The position numbers and the translations under genes were made by a program. Below are positions 41,648 through 50,866 of a stretch of 64,000 nt of DNA, in pieces. Below the pieces are notes generated by a model. It was not told where the DNA came from. It saw only the letters and a list, made by a program, of their open reading frames with translations, and did no database searches. Source of the stretch: Patescibacteria group bacterium (lineage in GTDB: Bacteria; Patescibacteriota; Minisyncoccia; Phycocordibacterales; Phycocordibacteraceae); the NCBI GenBank assembly GCA_038064695.1, contig JBBTSO010000004.1:15792-79791 (forward strand). The letters are read 5' to 3'. The stretch's first letter is position 1. Each line of letters begins with the position of its first letter.

Positions 41648-42532
41648 ATGACCAAAGACGAGGCAAAAAAACGCATTAAAGAGATTGAGGATGCTATGGC
41701 GCTCCCGGACTTTTGGAATGATTCGGGAAAGGCACAAGCACTCATTAAAGAAATGAAAGACCTTGCTGCGGTCGCTGAAGGCGGGTCGCGTTATGACAAC
41801 GGGCCTGCAACTATTTCTATTCTTGCGGGAGCAGGAGGAGACGATGCTGAAGATTTTGCCGGCATTCTCTTTCGTATGTACCAAGGCTACGCGACCCAAG
41901 AAGGGTACGAGGTGCGTTTTCTTGACGAAAATGAAAACGACCACGGCGGGTACCGCAACGTAACCTTTGAAATAGAAGGAAAGGGCGTGTACGGGAACGT
42001 GAAGCACGAAGCAGGTGTGCATCGCCTGGTACGCATTTCTCCCTTTAACGCGAATGGCAAACGCCAAACGTCGTTCGCACTCGTTGAAGTGTTACCAAAA
42101 GTCACTGACGAAGACGCGGTGGAATTAAAAGACGAAGATTTAGATATTCAATTTGCAAAATCAGGGGGTGCGGGAGGACAAAATGTAAACAAGCGAGAAA
42201 CTGCCGTGCGCATCGTGCACAAACCCACGGGGCTTTCCGTGCACGTTTCAAACGAACGCAGTCAGCAGGCAAACCGTGAACGTGGACTCACGCTCCTCCG
42301 TTCAAAATTATTTAAACAGGAAGAGGAGCGAAAAGAAAAAGAGCGTCGTGGACTTTCTCTTGCTCCAACGACCGCCATTGAGTGGGGAAGTCAGATTCGT
42401 TCGTATGTGCTTCACCCGTACAAGTTAGTGAAAGATCACCGCACCGATACTGAGGTCCACGATGTGGACAGCGTCCTGCACGGAGGCCTAACAGTATTTA
42501 TCCAAGCGATGAAAGAAAGTACGGTAGAATAA
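41648..42532 (+). CDS. prfB: peptide chain release factor 2, N-terminally short, no programmed frameshift
   Basis: SPF tripeptide (RISPFNANG) and GGQ (SGGAGGQNVNK). Start chosen at ATG 41648, 25 nt after tRNA-Thr; the track ORF start at 41588 lies inside the tRNA. Confidence 0.8.
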   Translation: MTKDEAKKRIKEIEDAMALPDFWNDSGKAQALIKEMKDLAAVAEGGSRYDNGPATISILAGAGGDDAEDFAGILFRMYQGYATQEGYEVRFLDENENDHGGYRNVTFEIEGKGVYGNVKHEAGVHRLVRISPFNANGKRQTSFALVEVLPKVTDEDAVELKDEDLDIQFAKSGGAGGQNVNKRETAVRIVHKPTGLSVHVSNERSQQANRERGLTLLRSKLFKQEEERKEKERRGLSLAPTTAIEWGSQIRSYVLHPYKLVKDHRTDTEVHDVDSVLHGGLTVFIQAMKESTVE

Positions 42533-42546
42533 GTAGTGGTTTTCGT

Positions 42547-43227
42547 ATGATTTATTTTGATAACGTCACCAAAATCTATTCGGACAATTCAGTTGCGTTG
42601 GAGGGAGTAACGCTCACCGTTTCGCCGAAAGAATTTGTTTCTATTGTGGGTCACGCGGGGGCGGGGAAAACGACGCTCCTCAAAATGATCCTCGCCGAGG
42701 AAGCACCCACCACCGGTGCTGTTTATTTTGAATCAGTTGATATTCACAAAATTCCTCGCTCCCAGTTGCATACTCTCCGTCGGAAAATAGGAACAGTGTT
42801 TCAAGACTTTAGATTGATTCCCAACAAAACCGCGTATGAAAATATTGCGTTTGCGATGGAAGCCGCAGGCAGAACCGACGAAGAAATAGCGGGTGACGTG
42901 CCGCACGTGCTTGAACTGGTAGATCTCGCTGAAAAAGCATGGAATTTTCCGCGTGAATTATCCGGTGGTGAACGCCAGCGCGTGGCTATTGGACGTGCCA
43001 TTGTGAACCAGCCGGACGTGCTGTTAGCCGACGAACCAACGGGAAACTTAGACCCTATCAATACGTACCAGGTGGTAGAAATTTTAAAACGCATCAACGA
43101 GCTCGGTACGACGGTGGTTTTGACGAGTCACAATAAAGGAGTGATTGATTCTCTGGGGAAGCGCGTTATCACCATGGACAATGGTCGCGTAGTGCGGGAC
43201 GATAAGGAGGGAAGGTACGTTCTATGA
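42547..43227 (+). CDS. ftsE: cell division ATP-binding protein FtsE
   Basis: ABC ATPase: Walker A GHAGAGKTT, signature LSGGERQR, Walker B LLADEPTGNLD. Confidence 0.85.
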   Translation: MIYFDNVTKIYSDNSVALEGVTLTVSPKEFVSIVGHAGAGKTTLLKMILAEEAPTTGAVYFESVDIHKIPRSQLHTLRRKIGTVFQDFRLIPNKTAYENIAFAMEAAGRTDEEIAGDVPHVLELVDLAEKAWNFPRELSGGERQRVAIGRAIVNQPDVLLADEPTGNLDPINTYQVVEILKRINELGTTVVLTSHNKGVIDSLGKRVITMDNGRVVRDDKEGRYVL

Positions 43228-43402
43228 AATCTTATGAGCGTCGCGAGTTAGATTTCATTGAACCCAGCCTTCTTTGTTTTATGACCACATCCTCAAAAAA
43301 TATGGTAGCGCGTGGCGCGGTTTTAAACAATCCGTTATATTGGTTAAGAAGGCTGGGTAGAAGTTTTTCTAACTACACTGCGTTCAGTAAGAATCACTAA
43401 CT

Positions 43403-44323
43403 ATGCTCTGGGTAAACATTAAACGAATTTGTAGGTCTGGCCTCACCAGTTTTATGCGAAACAGTTTTGTTTCGCTTGCGTCGATATTCGTAATGACTAT
43501 GACGCTCGCCATCATTGGTTCCTTGATGTTTTTAAATGGAATTGTGGGGGACTTTATTGCGTACGTTGAAAACAAAGTAGACATCAACGTGTACTTCACG
43601 ACGACGGCGAACGAAGAGGCGATACAGGACCTCTCAAACGAAATAAAAAACTTACCTGAAGTCTCATACTTGGAATACATTTCTCGCGAAACTGCGCTCG
43701 CGCAGTTTCGCGAGCGCCACGTAGACGACCAGTCCACGCTCCAGGCGTTGGACGAGCTTTCTGAAAACCCCTTCGGCGCGGCGCTTTCTATAAAAGCAAA
43801 AGATCCATCGCAGTATGAGGGTATAGCGCAGTATCTAGAAGATAGGCAAACCGACGCTTCCGGAGCGCCTTTTATAGACTCAATCAACTATGCTCAGAAC
43901 AAAACAGTGATTGACCAGCTTCAACTCCTTACGAAATACGTTGAGCGTTTCGGGTATGCCATTATCATCCTTTTCGCGTTGGCATCTATTTTGATTACCT
44001 TTAATACCCTCCGCCTTGCCATTTACACTGCCCGTGAAGAAATAAGCGTCATGCGCCTTGTAGGGGCTTCCAACGCCTATATTAGGGGTCCTTTTATCGT
44101 AGAGGGGACACTCTACGGCATGGTTTCGGGCGGCATTGCCTTGGCACTTTTCTTTCCCGTAACCTACCTTTTAAGAGACGCAACGGTTACCGCCTTCGGA
44201 ACAGACATCTTTGGCATGTACCTTGAACAGTTCTTCGTATTCTTCATTACGCTCATTTTCGTTGGCGCGCTCCTTGGTGCGGTTTCTAGTTTTCTTGCAG
44301 TGAGGAAGTACTTGAGTGTTTAG
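43403..44323 (+). CDS. ftsX: cell division permease FtsX
   Basis: Four TM helices, large periplasmic loop, C-terminal FtsX motif region. 175-nt spacer after ftsE. Confidence 0.8.
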   Translation: MLWVNIKRICRSGLTSFMRNSFVSLASIFVMTMTLAIIGSLMFLNGIVGDFIAYVENKVDINVYFTTTANEEAIQDLSNEIKNLPEVSYLEYISRETALAQFRERHVDDQSTLQALDELSENPFGAALSIKAKDPSQYEGIAQYLEDRQTDASGAPFIDSINYAQNKTVIDQLQLLTKYVERFGYAIIILFALASILITFNTLRLAIYTAREEISVMRLVGASNAYIRGPFIVEGTLYGMVSGGIALALFFPVTYLLRDATVTAFGTDIFGMYLEQFFVFFITLIFVGALLGAVSSFLAVRKYLSV

Positions 44324-44405
44324 TATTGAGTATTCAGTATTCTGTATTGAACCTTAAGCAGTGGGGTCGCCTGAACTGGAAACTATATACTGAATACGGT
44401 ATACT
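44324..44405. repeat. heptamer array AGTATTG-AGTATTC-AGTATTC-TGTATTG, 35-nt spacer, inverted AGTATAC-CGTATTC-AGTATAT, including a perfect 10-bp inverted repeat
   Basis: Read directly. tattcagtat at 44331-44340 pairs with atactgaata at 44387-44396. Same AGTAT(C/T)N unit as in the pseudopilin 5' ends. Confidence 0.8.
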
Positions 44406-44413
44406 TTTATGAT

Positions 44414-46132
44414 ATGAGCAGCTCTCGCGAAACTCAAACACAAAAGCGCGGGAGAGCCCCCCTCAAAAAGAAAAAAAATCATAAGTATCTCTTCGTCATC
44501 GGTGGAGTGATGAGTGGCGTGGGGAAAGGTATTGCGGCTTCCTCTATCGCGTTGATTTTAAAGAACGAAGGGTACCGGGTGAACACGGTAAAGGTAGACC
44601 CGTATTTGAATGTTGATGCAGGAACGATGAATCCTACCGAACACGGGGAGGTGTTTGTGCTTGAGAGCGGCTTGGAAACCGACCAAGACATGGGGAACTA
44701 TGAGCGATTTCTAAACGTAGCGCTCAAATCGCACGACTATATGACGAGCGGTATGGTGTATTCCACCGTTATTGAACACGAACGTAACCTTGCCTACGGG
44801 GGTAAGTGCGTGGAAGCCATTCCACACGTGCGTGATGAAATTATTCGCCGCTTCCGCACCGCGGCGGAAATGAATAACTCGGATGTTTCCGTTATTGAAA
44901 TTGGGGGAACCGTGGGAGATTTTCAAAATGAATTATTTATTGAAGCAGCGCGCGCGCTCAAAGTAGAACACCCACAGGATGTTATGTTCGCGTTGGTGTC
45001 GTACCTCCCGATTCCAGGGAGCTTGGGAGAGATGAAAACAAAACCAACGCAGAACGCCATTCGCCAGTTGAACTCGTACGGCGTGCAGGCAGACATTGTC
45101 ATCGCCCGCTCCAAAGTTGCCTTAGACGCGCGTCGCAAGGAGAAAATCGCAACTAGTTGCAACGTGCTCGCGGCAAATATTATTTCAGCGCCCGACGTTG
45201 AGAGCATTTACGACGTACCCATTAACTTTGAAAAAGAAAAGGTAGGAGCAATCGTGGTGAAGACGCTCGGGTTGCCGTACCGTAAGGCAAAAATGGGTGA
45301 GTGGGAGCGCTTTGTGGCGAAAATTAAAAATGGAACAGGTGAAGTAAAGATTGGGATTGCCGGAAAATATTTTGATACGGGAGACTTCGTGTTGACGGAC
45401 GCGTACCTTTCAGTCATTGAGGCAATTAAATTTTCCGCTGCAGAGTGTGGCGTGAAGGTGTCTATTGATTGGATTAATGCCAAAGATTTTCAGGTGGCAA
45501 AACCGAATGTGGCAGTGCTTAAAAAATATGACGGACTTATTGTGCCGGGCGGGTTTGGTGAAACAGGCATTGAAGGGAAAATAAAAGTTATACAGTACGC
45601 GCGTGAAAATAACATCCCGTACTTCGGCCTCTGTTACGGTATGCAACTGGCGGTCGTTGAGTACGCGCGAAACGTGTTGGGAATTACTAACGCACACACC
45701 ACTGAAATAAACCCTCAGACGAAAGATCCCATTATTGACGTGATGCCTGACCAAAAGAAAATTATTAAAGATAAAAACTACGGCGGCACGATGCGTTTGG
45801 GAACGTACCCCGCGCTTTTGAAAAAAGATTCTATCGCGGCACGCGCGTACGGCGCCTCAAAAGTGTCTGAGCGTCACCGTCATCGCTATGAGGTGAATCC
45901 CGAGTATATTAAGCGGCTGGAGGAGGGAGGGATGGTATTTTCAGGCGTTTCTCCCGACGGGGTTTTGATGGAAATTGCTGAATTAAAAGAGGGGAAACAT
46001 CCTTTTTTCCTAGGCACGCAGTTTCATCCTGAACTTCAGGCACGTCCTCTTGCGCCGCACCCACTGTTCACCGCGTTTATAAAAGCGTCACTCAAAGGAA
46101 AGAAAACATTATCAGTTAAAAGTACAAAGTAG
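44414..46132 (+). CDS. pyrG: CTP synthase
   Basis: N-terminal synthetase domain (GGVMSGVGKG) and C-terminal GATase (GLCYGMQL catalytic Cys); 572 aa. Confidence 0.9.
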   Translation: MSSSRETQTQKRGRAPLKKKKNHKYLFVIGGVMSGVGKGIAASSIALILKNEGYRVNTVKVDPYLNVDAGTMNPTEHGEVFVLESGLETDQDMGNYERFLNVALKSHDYMTSGMVYSTVIEHERNLAYGGKCVEAIPHVRDEIIRRFRTAAEMNNSDVSVIEIGGTVGDFQNELFIEAARALKVEHPQDVMFALVSYLPIPGSLGEMKTKPTQNAIRQLNSYGVQADIVIARSKVALDARRKEKIATSCNVLAANIISAPDVESIYDVPINFEKEKVGAIVVKTLGLPYRKAKMGEWERFVAKIKNGTGEVKIGIAGKYFDTGDFVLTDAYLSVIEAIKFSAAECGVKVSIDWINAKDFQVAKPNVAVLKKYDGLIVPGGFGETGIEGKIKVIQYARENNIPYFGLCYGMQLAVVEYARNVLGITNAHTTEINPQTKDPIIDVMPDQKKIIKDKNYGGTMRLGTYPALLKKDSIAARAYGASKVSERHRHRYEVNPEYIKRLEEGGMVFSGVSPDGVLMEIAELKEGKHPFFLGTQFHPELQARPLAPHPLFTAFIKASLKGKKTLSVKSTK

Positions 46133-46133
46133 T

Positions 46134-46694
46134 ATGAACGAGTCATCATCTCCCCGCGACGTTGCCGTTTTTGGTGGCGGGTGTTTCTGGTGTACTGAAG
46201 CAGTGTTCAAAATGCTGAAAGGGGTGTACGCCGTGGGCCCGGGGTACACAGGCGGGCGCGTGGCGAACCCCTCGTACGATCAGGTGTCTATGGGAAACAC
46301 GGGACACGTTGAGGTGGTGCGCGTGGAGTATGACCCGCGTGAAGTCTCGTACAAAACGCTCCTCACCATTTTCTTTGCGTCACACGACGCGACACAGGTG
46401 AATAGGCAGGGGAATGATGTGGGAGAACAGTACCGCTCGGTCATTTTTTACACATCGGAGTCACAGAAACAGGAAGCCGAAATGTTCATCGCAACGCTTG
46501 ATGCATCAGCAAAAGACGGCGACCCGATAGCAACCACCGTGGAGCCGCTCGGTGAGTTTTATGACGCCGAAGGGTACCACAAAGATTTTTACGCGCGGAA
46601 CCCAAACCAAGGGTACTGCCAAGTCATCATTGCGCCCAAACTACAAAAGGTACAAAAAGAGTTCGCGGAACTTTTAAAAAGTAGTGCCGCATGA
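46134..46694 (+). CDS. msrA: peptide methionine sulfoxide reductase MsrA
   Basis: GGGCFWC catalytic motif. Confidence 0.85.
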   Translation: MNESSSPRDVAVFGGGCFWCTEAVFKMLKGVYAVGPGYTGGRVANPSYDQVSMGNTGHVEVVRVEYDPREVSYKTLLTIFFASHDATQVNRQGNDVGEQYRSVIFYTSESQKQEAEMFIATLDASAKDGDPIATTVEPLGEFYDAEGYHKDFYARNPNQGYCQVIIAPKLQKVQKEFAELLKSSAA

Positions 46695-47140
46695 TAAACC
46701 TGTTTGGTTTTTCTATTTTCCTCATCCATATTCACGTAACTACCCTCGCGCTGCTTCTGTGCGCGGTTGCATTCGCGGACCATGAAGCGTTTGCGTGGCT
46801 TCGGGGGAAGAAGGAGACACTCTCAAAAAAGATTTTGATGCGCGTGCACCTCTTTACGTGGGCGGGGCTTTTGGTGATGGTTACCACCGGCGTTCAAATG
46901 GCGTTGCCACTCGCTGACTTTTTAGTAACTAATGTTGCATTTTACTTTAAAATGTTTTTTGTAAGCGCACTCATTATAAATGCGGTGGTGATAGGGTTTT
47001 TATTGAACGTCGCGGCGGAGCGCTCGTTTGCGAGTCTTTCTCGTAAGGAGCGCATTCCGCTTTTTATAAGCGGTGGCGTTTCAACCGTAAGTTGGATAGG
47101 GGCAATCGTATCGGCATTCGCTATGGGAATTGGTCTTTAA
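46691..47140 (+). CDS. hypothetical integral membrane protein
   Basis: 4-nt overlap with msrA; four TM helices; 149 aa. Confidence 0.4.
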   Translation: MINLFGFSIFLIHIHVTTLALLLCAVAFADHEAFAWLRGKKETLSKKILMRVHLFTWAGLLVMVTTGVQMALPLADFLVTNVAFYFKMFFVSALIINAVVIGFLLNVAAERSFASLSRKERIPLFISGGVSTVSWIGAIVSAFAMGIGL

Positions 47141-47176
47141 ACAAAACCCCCTCCATGTGGAGGGGGTTTTGTTTAT
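47139..47176. terminator. bidirectional intrinsic terminator
   Basis: aaacaaaaccccctccatgtggagggggttttgtttat lies between convergent genes. Confidence 0.7.
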
Positions 47177-47183
47177 AAAGAAG

Positions 47184-47660
47184 TTACTCGGTAACCGTTA
47201 AAGTTCCGACCATTCCCATCTGGCGGTGAGTACCTACTGAACAGTAGTACTCAAACGTGCCCACTTTGTCGGCAACGAACTCAACTGTTTCTTCTGTGCC
47301 TCCTTGAAGTTGTTTAGTTTTTACATTGAACTCGTCAATTACAAAGTCGTGGAGACCGTCCACATTCTTAAAGGTAATGCGCACCGTCTCACCCTTTTTT
47401 GCAGTTATGGTGTTCGGCTTAAAATAAAACTTTCCGCCTTCCACATTTATAAGGTTCACGAGTGAGTTGGTATCGTCTGCAGCGAGGGCTCCGTCGTCTT
47501 CCACAACCATTTCTTCTACTCCCTCTACTCCAGGAACAGGCATCGTGTTTTGAACGGCACCCTCTTCCGCTTTAGACGTGTCAGCGGGCTGGTTTCGAGA
47601 GAGGTAGTATGCACCTCCAAAAACAAGAACGAGTATCAGTATTGCAATAGTTGTCTTCAT
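47184..47660 (-). CDS. membrane-anchored cupredoxin (type-1 blue copper protein)
   Basis: C-terminal YYCSVGTHRQMGM copper ligands (C, H, M) and an upstream His; N-terminal TM anchor. Start moved to MKTTIAILIL. Confidence 0.6.
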   Translation of the reverse strand: MKTTIAILILVLVFGGAYYLSRNQPADTSKAEEGAVQNTMPVPGVEGVEEMVVEDDGALAADDTNSLVNLINVEGGKFYFKPNTITAKKGETVRITFKNVDGLHDFVIDEFNVKTKQLQGGTEETVEFVADKVGTFEYYCSVGTHRQMGMVGTLTVTE

Positions 47661-47751
47661 AGTGTTTTTTATTAATTTCTTGTCTTTCCAGTATAACGTA
47701 TGCTGTTCATTGAAAAAGGCTTTTCTTTTGTTACTGTTCATTATGAGGTGT

Positions 47752-48684
47752 ATGAAGTCTCTTTACGTAGCCTTTGGTTTAGCAACACTGTTCCTTCTTT
47801 TAACATTTCCACTTCGTGTAGGTGTGGCACCCGCTTTGCCTAAAGAAGAACCGAAAGACGAGGCAACGCTCCTGTTTGGGGGAGATATGATGTTTGATCG
47901 CTATATTCGGCAAGTGACCGAAATAGTCGGTGGGGATTACGTGTTTTCGTGTATTGCCCCGCTCTTGCTTGAAGTTGACGGGGTCGTGGCAAACCTTGAA
48001 GGCCCCATTACAAACTTTCCCTCAGTGAGCGTGGGTACTGACGAGACGATGCAGGGGCACTTTTCGTTTACCTTTCCTCCTGAAACAGCGGAGGTGTTAA
48101 AGCGTCATAACTTTTTGGCGGTGAACCTTGGAAACAACCACATCGTGAACCTTAGTCTGAAAGGCATTAGACAAACGAAAGTGTATCTGGAGGCGTCTGG
48201 CGTGGCGTATTTTGGCGACCCTGAAGCGAGCGAAGAGGGAAGAGTGTTACGCAAAGTGGTAAACAACATTCCATTTTCGTTTGTTTCGTGGAGCGACTGG
48301 ACTTCAGATAAGACTGACCACACCGTTCAACAGGTAAAAAAGGAAAAAGAGTTGGGAAATGTGGTTGTGGTGTACGCCCACTGGGGGGAAGAGTATGTTC
48401 CTAGGACGGAGAAAATGAAGACGCTGGCGCGGCAGTTTGTGGACGCGGGTGCGAGCCTCGTGGTTGGCTCGCACCCGCACGTGGTGCAAGAGAGCGAGCG
48501 ATACAAAAATGTTTCTATCTACTATTCCCTTGGCAACTTCGTCTTTGACCAGTATTTCTCTGATGCGGTCCGCAACGGACTTTTGCTTGAAGTTACCTTT
48601 GACGCGGACGGGGTGGAGAGTATTAAAGAGATTCCGATTGTGTTAAACCCCGACGGGCGCACCTGTTTTCGCGATCGCGATTGA
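47752..48684 (+). CDS. CapA/PgsA-family metallophosphoesterase (poly-gamma-glutamate/capsule-type)
   Basis: NLEGPI, NLGNNH, GSHPHV motifs; signal/TM N-terminus. Start moved to the ATG at 47752. Confidence 0.65.
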   Translation: MKSLYVAFGLATLFLLLTFPLRVGVAPALPKEEPKDEATLLFGGDMMFDRYIRQVTEIVGGDYVFSCIAPLLLEVDGVVANLEGPITNFPSVSVGTDETMQGHFSFTFPPETAEVLKRHNFLAVNLGNNHIVNLSLKGIRQTKVYLEASGVAYFGDPEASEEGRVLRKVVNNIPFSFVSWSDWTSDKTDHTVQQVKKEKELGNVVVVYAHWGEEYVPRTEKMKTLARQFVDAGASLVVGSHPHVVQESERYKNVSIYYSLGNFVFDQYFSDAVRNGLLLEVTFDADGVESIKEIPIVLNPDGRTCFRDRD

Positions 48685-48710
48685 AAAAACTTTTTGTTAT
48701 TTTTATTCTA

Positions 48711-49451
48711 CTATTTTGACACTCCTCGGAAATAGTCCGTCCCTCGGCCTTCTGGCCATTTTTGCGTTTCAATAAAGCGGCATAGGTAGGAATAAAAATT
48801 CACAGCCGATTGAATCGACGCTAATTTAATTCCTATGAATAATGTTGGATTAGTGTTAAAACTTTTCTTCAGGTAAATGGCGTCGGTTGGTAATATTGCT
48901 ATTTTGCTCCCATCTCCATGAACAATTCCATTTCTCTTGGAGTATAGATAATCCGCATAACCAATAACAGACGAGGGAACCTTGTTTCCTCTCGGTTTAT
49001 ATGAAAGGTGGATGCGGCCATCGTTAGCGTTAACCCTGGGACGGTTTAATTCTTGGCTTTCAACCTGCAGGCAGGTTTCCAAGAGTGTTCTAAGTTTTTT
49101 TGAATGACGTTCGCGTAGAAAATTAATTCGTACCAATTCTTCGATTCTCATTTTCACGTCCTCTTTCGGATTTTCTGAAGAGAGTATTTCATAAAACTCT
49201 TTGGCGTTAATGGTAGTATCTTTGACTTTATTAAGAACACTATCTTTAAATTCGGGAGAACTCTCTGCAAAAATGAGCAGTAAATAATCTAACAAGACAT
49301 CGAAACGGTTCACGAGATTTGTATATACCAAACGCTGTAGGTGTTTCCTATTTGCTTCTACTTTAATATTCTTCAGTTCGATAAGTGCTGATTCAATCTC
49401 GGTTTTTGAAAATTTCTCGAATTTTTTTATTAAGTTATCCGCTTCTTTCAT
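48711..49451 (-). CDS. hypothetical protein, possible HEPN-type (R-x4-H) domain
   Basis: C-terminal RNGIVHG fits the HEPN Rx4-6H motif and the protein is helical. Weak evidence. Confidence 0.3.
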   Translation of the reverse strand: MKEADNLIKKFEKFSKTEIESALIELKNIKVEANRKHLQRLVYTNLVNRFDVLLDYLLLIFAESSPEFKDSVLNKVKDTTINAKEFYEILSSENPKEDVKMRIEELVRINFLRERHSKKLRTLLETCLQVESQELNRPRVNANDGRIHLSYKPRGNKVPSSVIGYADYLYSKRNGIVHGDGSKIAILPTDAIYLKKSFNTNPTLFIGIKLASIQSAVNFYSYLCRFIETQKWPEGRGTDYFRGVSK

Positions 49452-49631
49452 AGGGTTAATTATACTCCCCGGAATCCGAACCTATCTCAATATACCTTCT
49501 TGTGCCTAAGACGGCATATGTCCTACTTTCGAGCGAACGAGGGTAATGAAAAAGTATGTTCATGCGCACAGCTGCGATGTCTGGTCCCGTACCACGTAAG
49601 TGAGACTGTTGAGCCTTATTGTAGCCGACTT

Positions 49632-50060
49632 TCAATTCTCACGCTGACGGCTTTGGGTCGATGTATTTAAGAGATACTCTTCCCACACTATCGGATACTG
49701 CTCGTGAGTTTTTGCCTCGACAAAAGCTACGCCCGAAGGAGTAAGTTCTCCCACTTTTCTAAACGGTCTCCATTCCAACCTCTTGAGAAGTCTTGCCTCG
49801 ACCAGGTGACTATCCTTGAACCGGACTTCGTAGGGGTTTCCCTGCAGATCGTTTTGCTCAAAATGCTCTTCTAGCATAGGGATGTTATCCGCATACTGCG
49901 GAGCGCTGGTTATCATTACCCCAACGAAGTAAGAGTCGTCATGACCGTCCAAAAAGACGATCGGGTGGATGGCGTCCGACCCCTTTCGACCGTATAAAAT
50001 ATCGCCCTTGTTCCATTCCATATATGACTTTTGTACCAAAATTATACAGTTTTGTACCAA
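49632..50060 (-). CDS. hypothetical protein, possible MazF/PemK-like toxin fold
   Basis: KGDILYG...HPIVFLDGHDDSYFVGVMITS resembles the MazF/Kid pattern (GDIvlV...RPavVvs). Weak evidence. Confidence 0.3.
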   Translation of the reverse strand: MVQNCIILVQKSYMEWNKGDILYGRKGSDAIHPIVFLDGHDDSYFVGVMITSAPQYADNIPMLEEHFEQNDLQGNPYEVRFKDSHLVEARLLKRLEWRPFRKVGELTPSGVAFVEAKTHEQYPIVWEEYLLNTSTQSRQREN

Positions 50061-50131
50061 AAAACGGCATCTGTATTTCCCCCGGGGAGAAATAGGCCGC
50101 TTTTTGTCTCGGCCCCCTATATACTTGAAAT

Positions 50132-50788
50132 ATGGATAGCGAGCAGAAAAAAGTAGCCTTTTACAGCTTCCCTCATGAACGAGAGGATCTAACTTTGCAT
50201 GTACGCCCTACTGCAAACGCGTGGTGGAAAGATCTGAAAAAAGTTGGCCTCCTTTTGGATGCGTTTGATAACCATTGTTCTCCGATCGATGAGGCTTGCT
50301 ACGTCGCGGGTATAACGCGCCGGCAATATAAATACTTCGCCCAGGAGCATCCAGTAATTTACGAACGGCGAAGGCGAGCAAAGTTTGCAAAGTGCGAACG
50401 CGAGATTGAAGAGAAAAGTTCGATGTATGGACACAGGATGAGAAACGGGAGTATGAAAAGTACGTTTCAGTTTCTTACATTCACAGAGCCGGGACAATTC
50501 GACTTGCGATACCGATCTGACTACGCGCGACTTCGCCGAATCCACGGACTCCCTGCTCATACGCCACCCCCAAGATCGGAAGAAGAAAAGCGTAGAGATA
50601 TGTTGGCGGAGGTTGAGAAGACCCGCATTATGCTGGGCCATCCTTCTGATCCGAAGCACTATGCGGTGTGCCAGGAGTGCGAACATCTTCTTCTCCCGCC
50701 ATCCGAGTGGCCTGAGCCGTATCGCTCTTCTTATTTTCAAAGTATGCCTCAAGGGCCAGCTCAGCCAAGTCATACAACTGCTGTCTAA
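50132..50788 (+). CDS. hypothetical protein (HTH-like segment); the 3' third is uncertain
   Basis: The N-terminal two-thirds look protein-like (ACYVAGITRRQYKYF HTH-like). The Pro-rich C-terminus overlaps a better-looking minus-strand ORF. Confidence 0.25.
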   Translation: MDSEQKKVAFYSFPHEREDLTLHVRPTANAWWKDLKKVGLLLDAFDNHCSPIDEACYVAGITRRQYKYFAQEHPVIYERRRRAKFAKCEREIEEKSSMYGHRMRNGSMKSTFQFLTFTEPGQFDLRYRSDYARLRRIHGLPAHTPPPRSEEEKRRDMLAEVEKTRIMLGHPSDPKHYAVCQECEHLLLPPSEWPEPYRSSYFQSMPQGPAQPSHTTAV

Positions 50789-50843
50789 CTTCAATAAGGT
50801 ATTCATCGGTGTAAGTCTCATCGGCTGGTAACAGCTCCCGCAT
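50628..50843 (-). CDS. small acidic protein (hypothetical)
   Basis: MRELLPADETYTDEYLIEVRQQLYDLAELALEAYFENKK is an acidic helical peptide directly downstream of the Imm gene. Start trimmed to the internal ATG. Confidence 0.25.
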   Translation of the reverse strand: MRELLPADETYTDEYLIEVRQQLYDLAELALEAYFENKKSDTAQATRMAGEEDVRTPGTPHSASDQKDGPA

Positions 50844-50866
50844 CTTCGCAAGAGATATACGACCAT

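Noticed and set aside
41588-41700. Programmed +1 frameshift site (CUU UGA C) in prfB.
   Set aside because: The ORF is continuous from its start and no upstream frame exists, because a tRNA gene abuts the start.
50189-50866. 225-aa minus-strand ORF antisense to the 50132-50788 gene.
   Set aside because: Its composition is Arg/Cys/Trp-rich and not protein-like, typical of an antisense shadow ORF.
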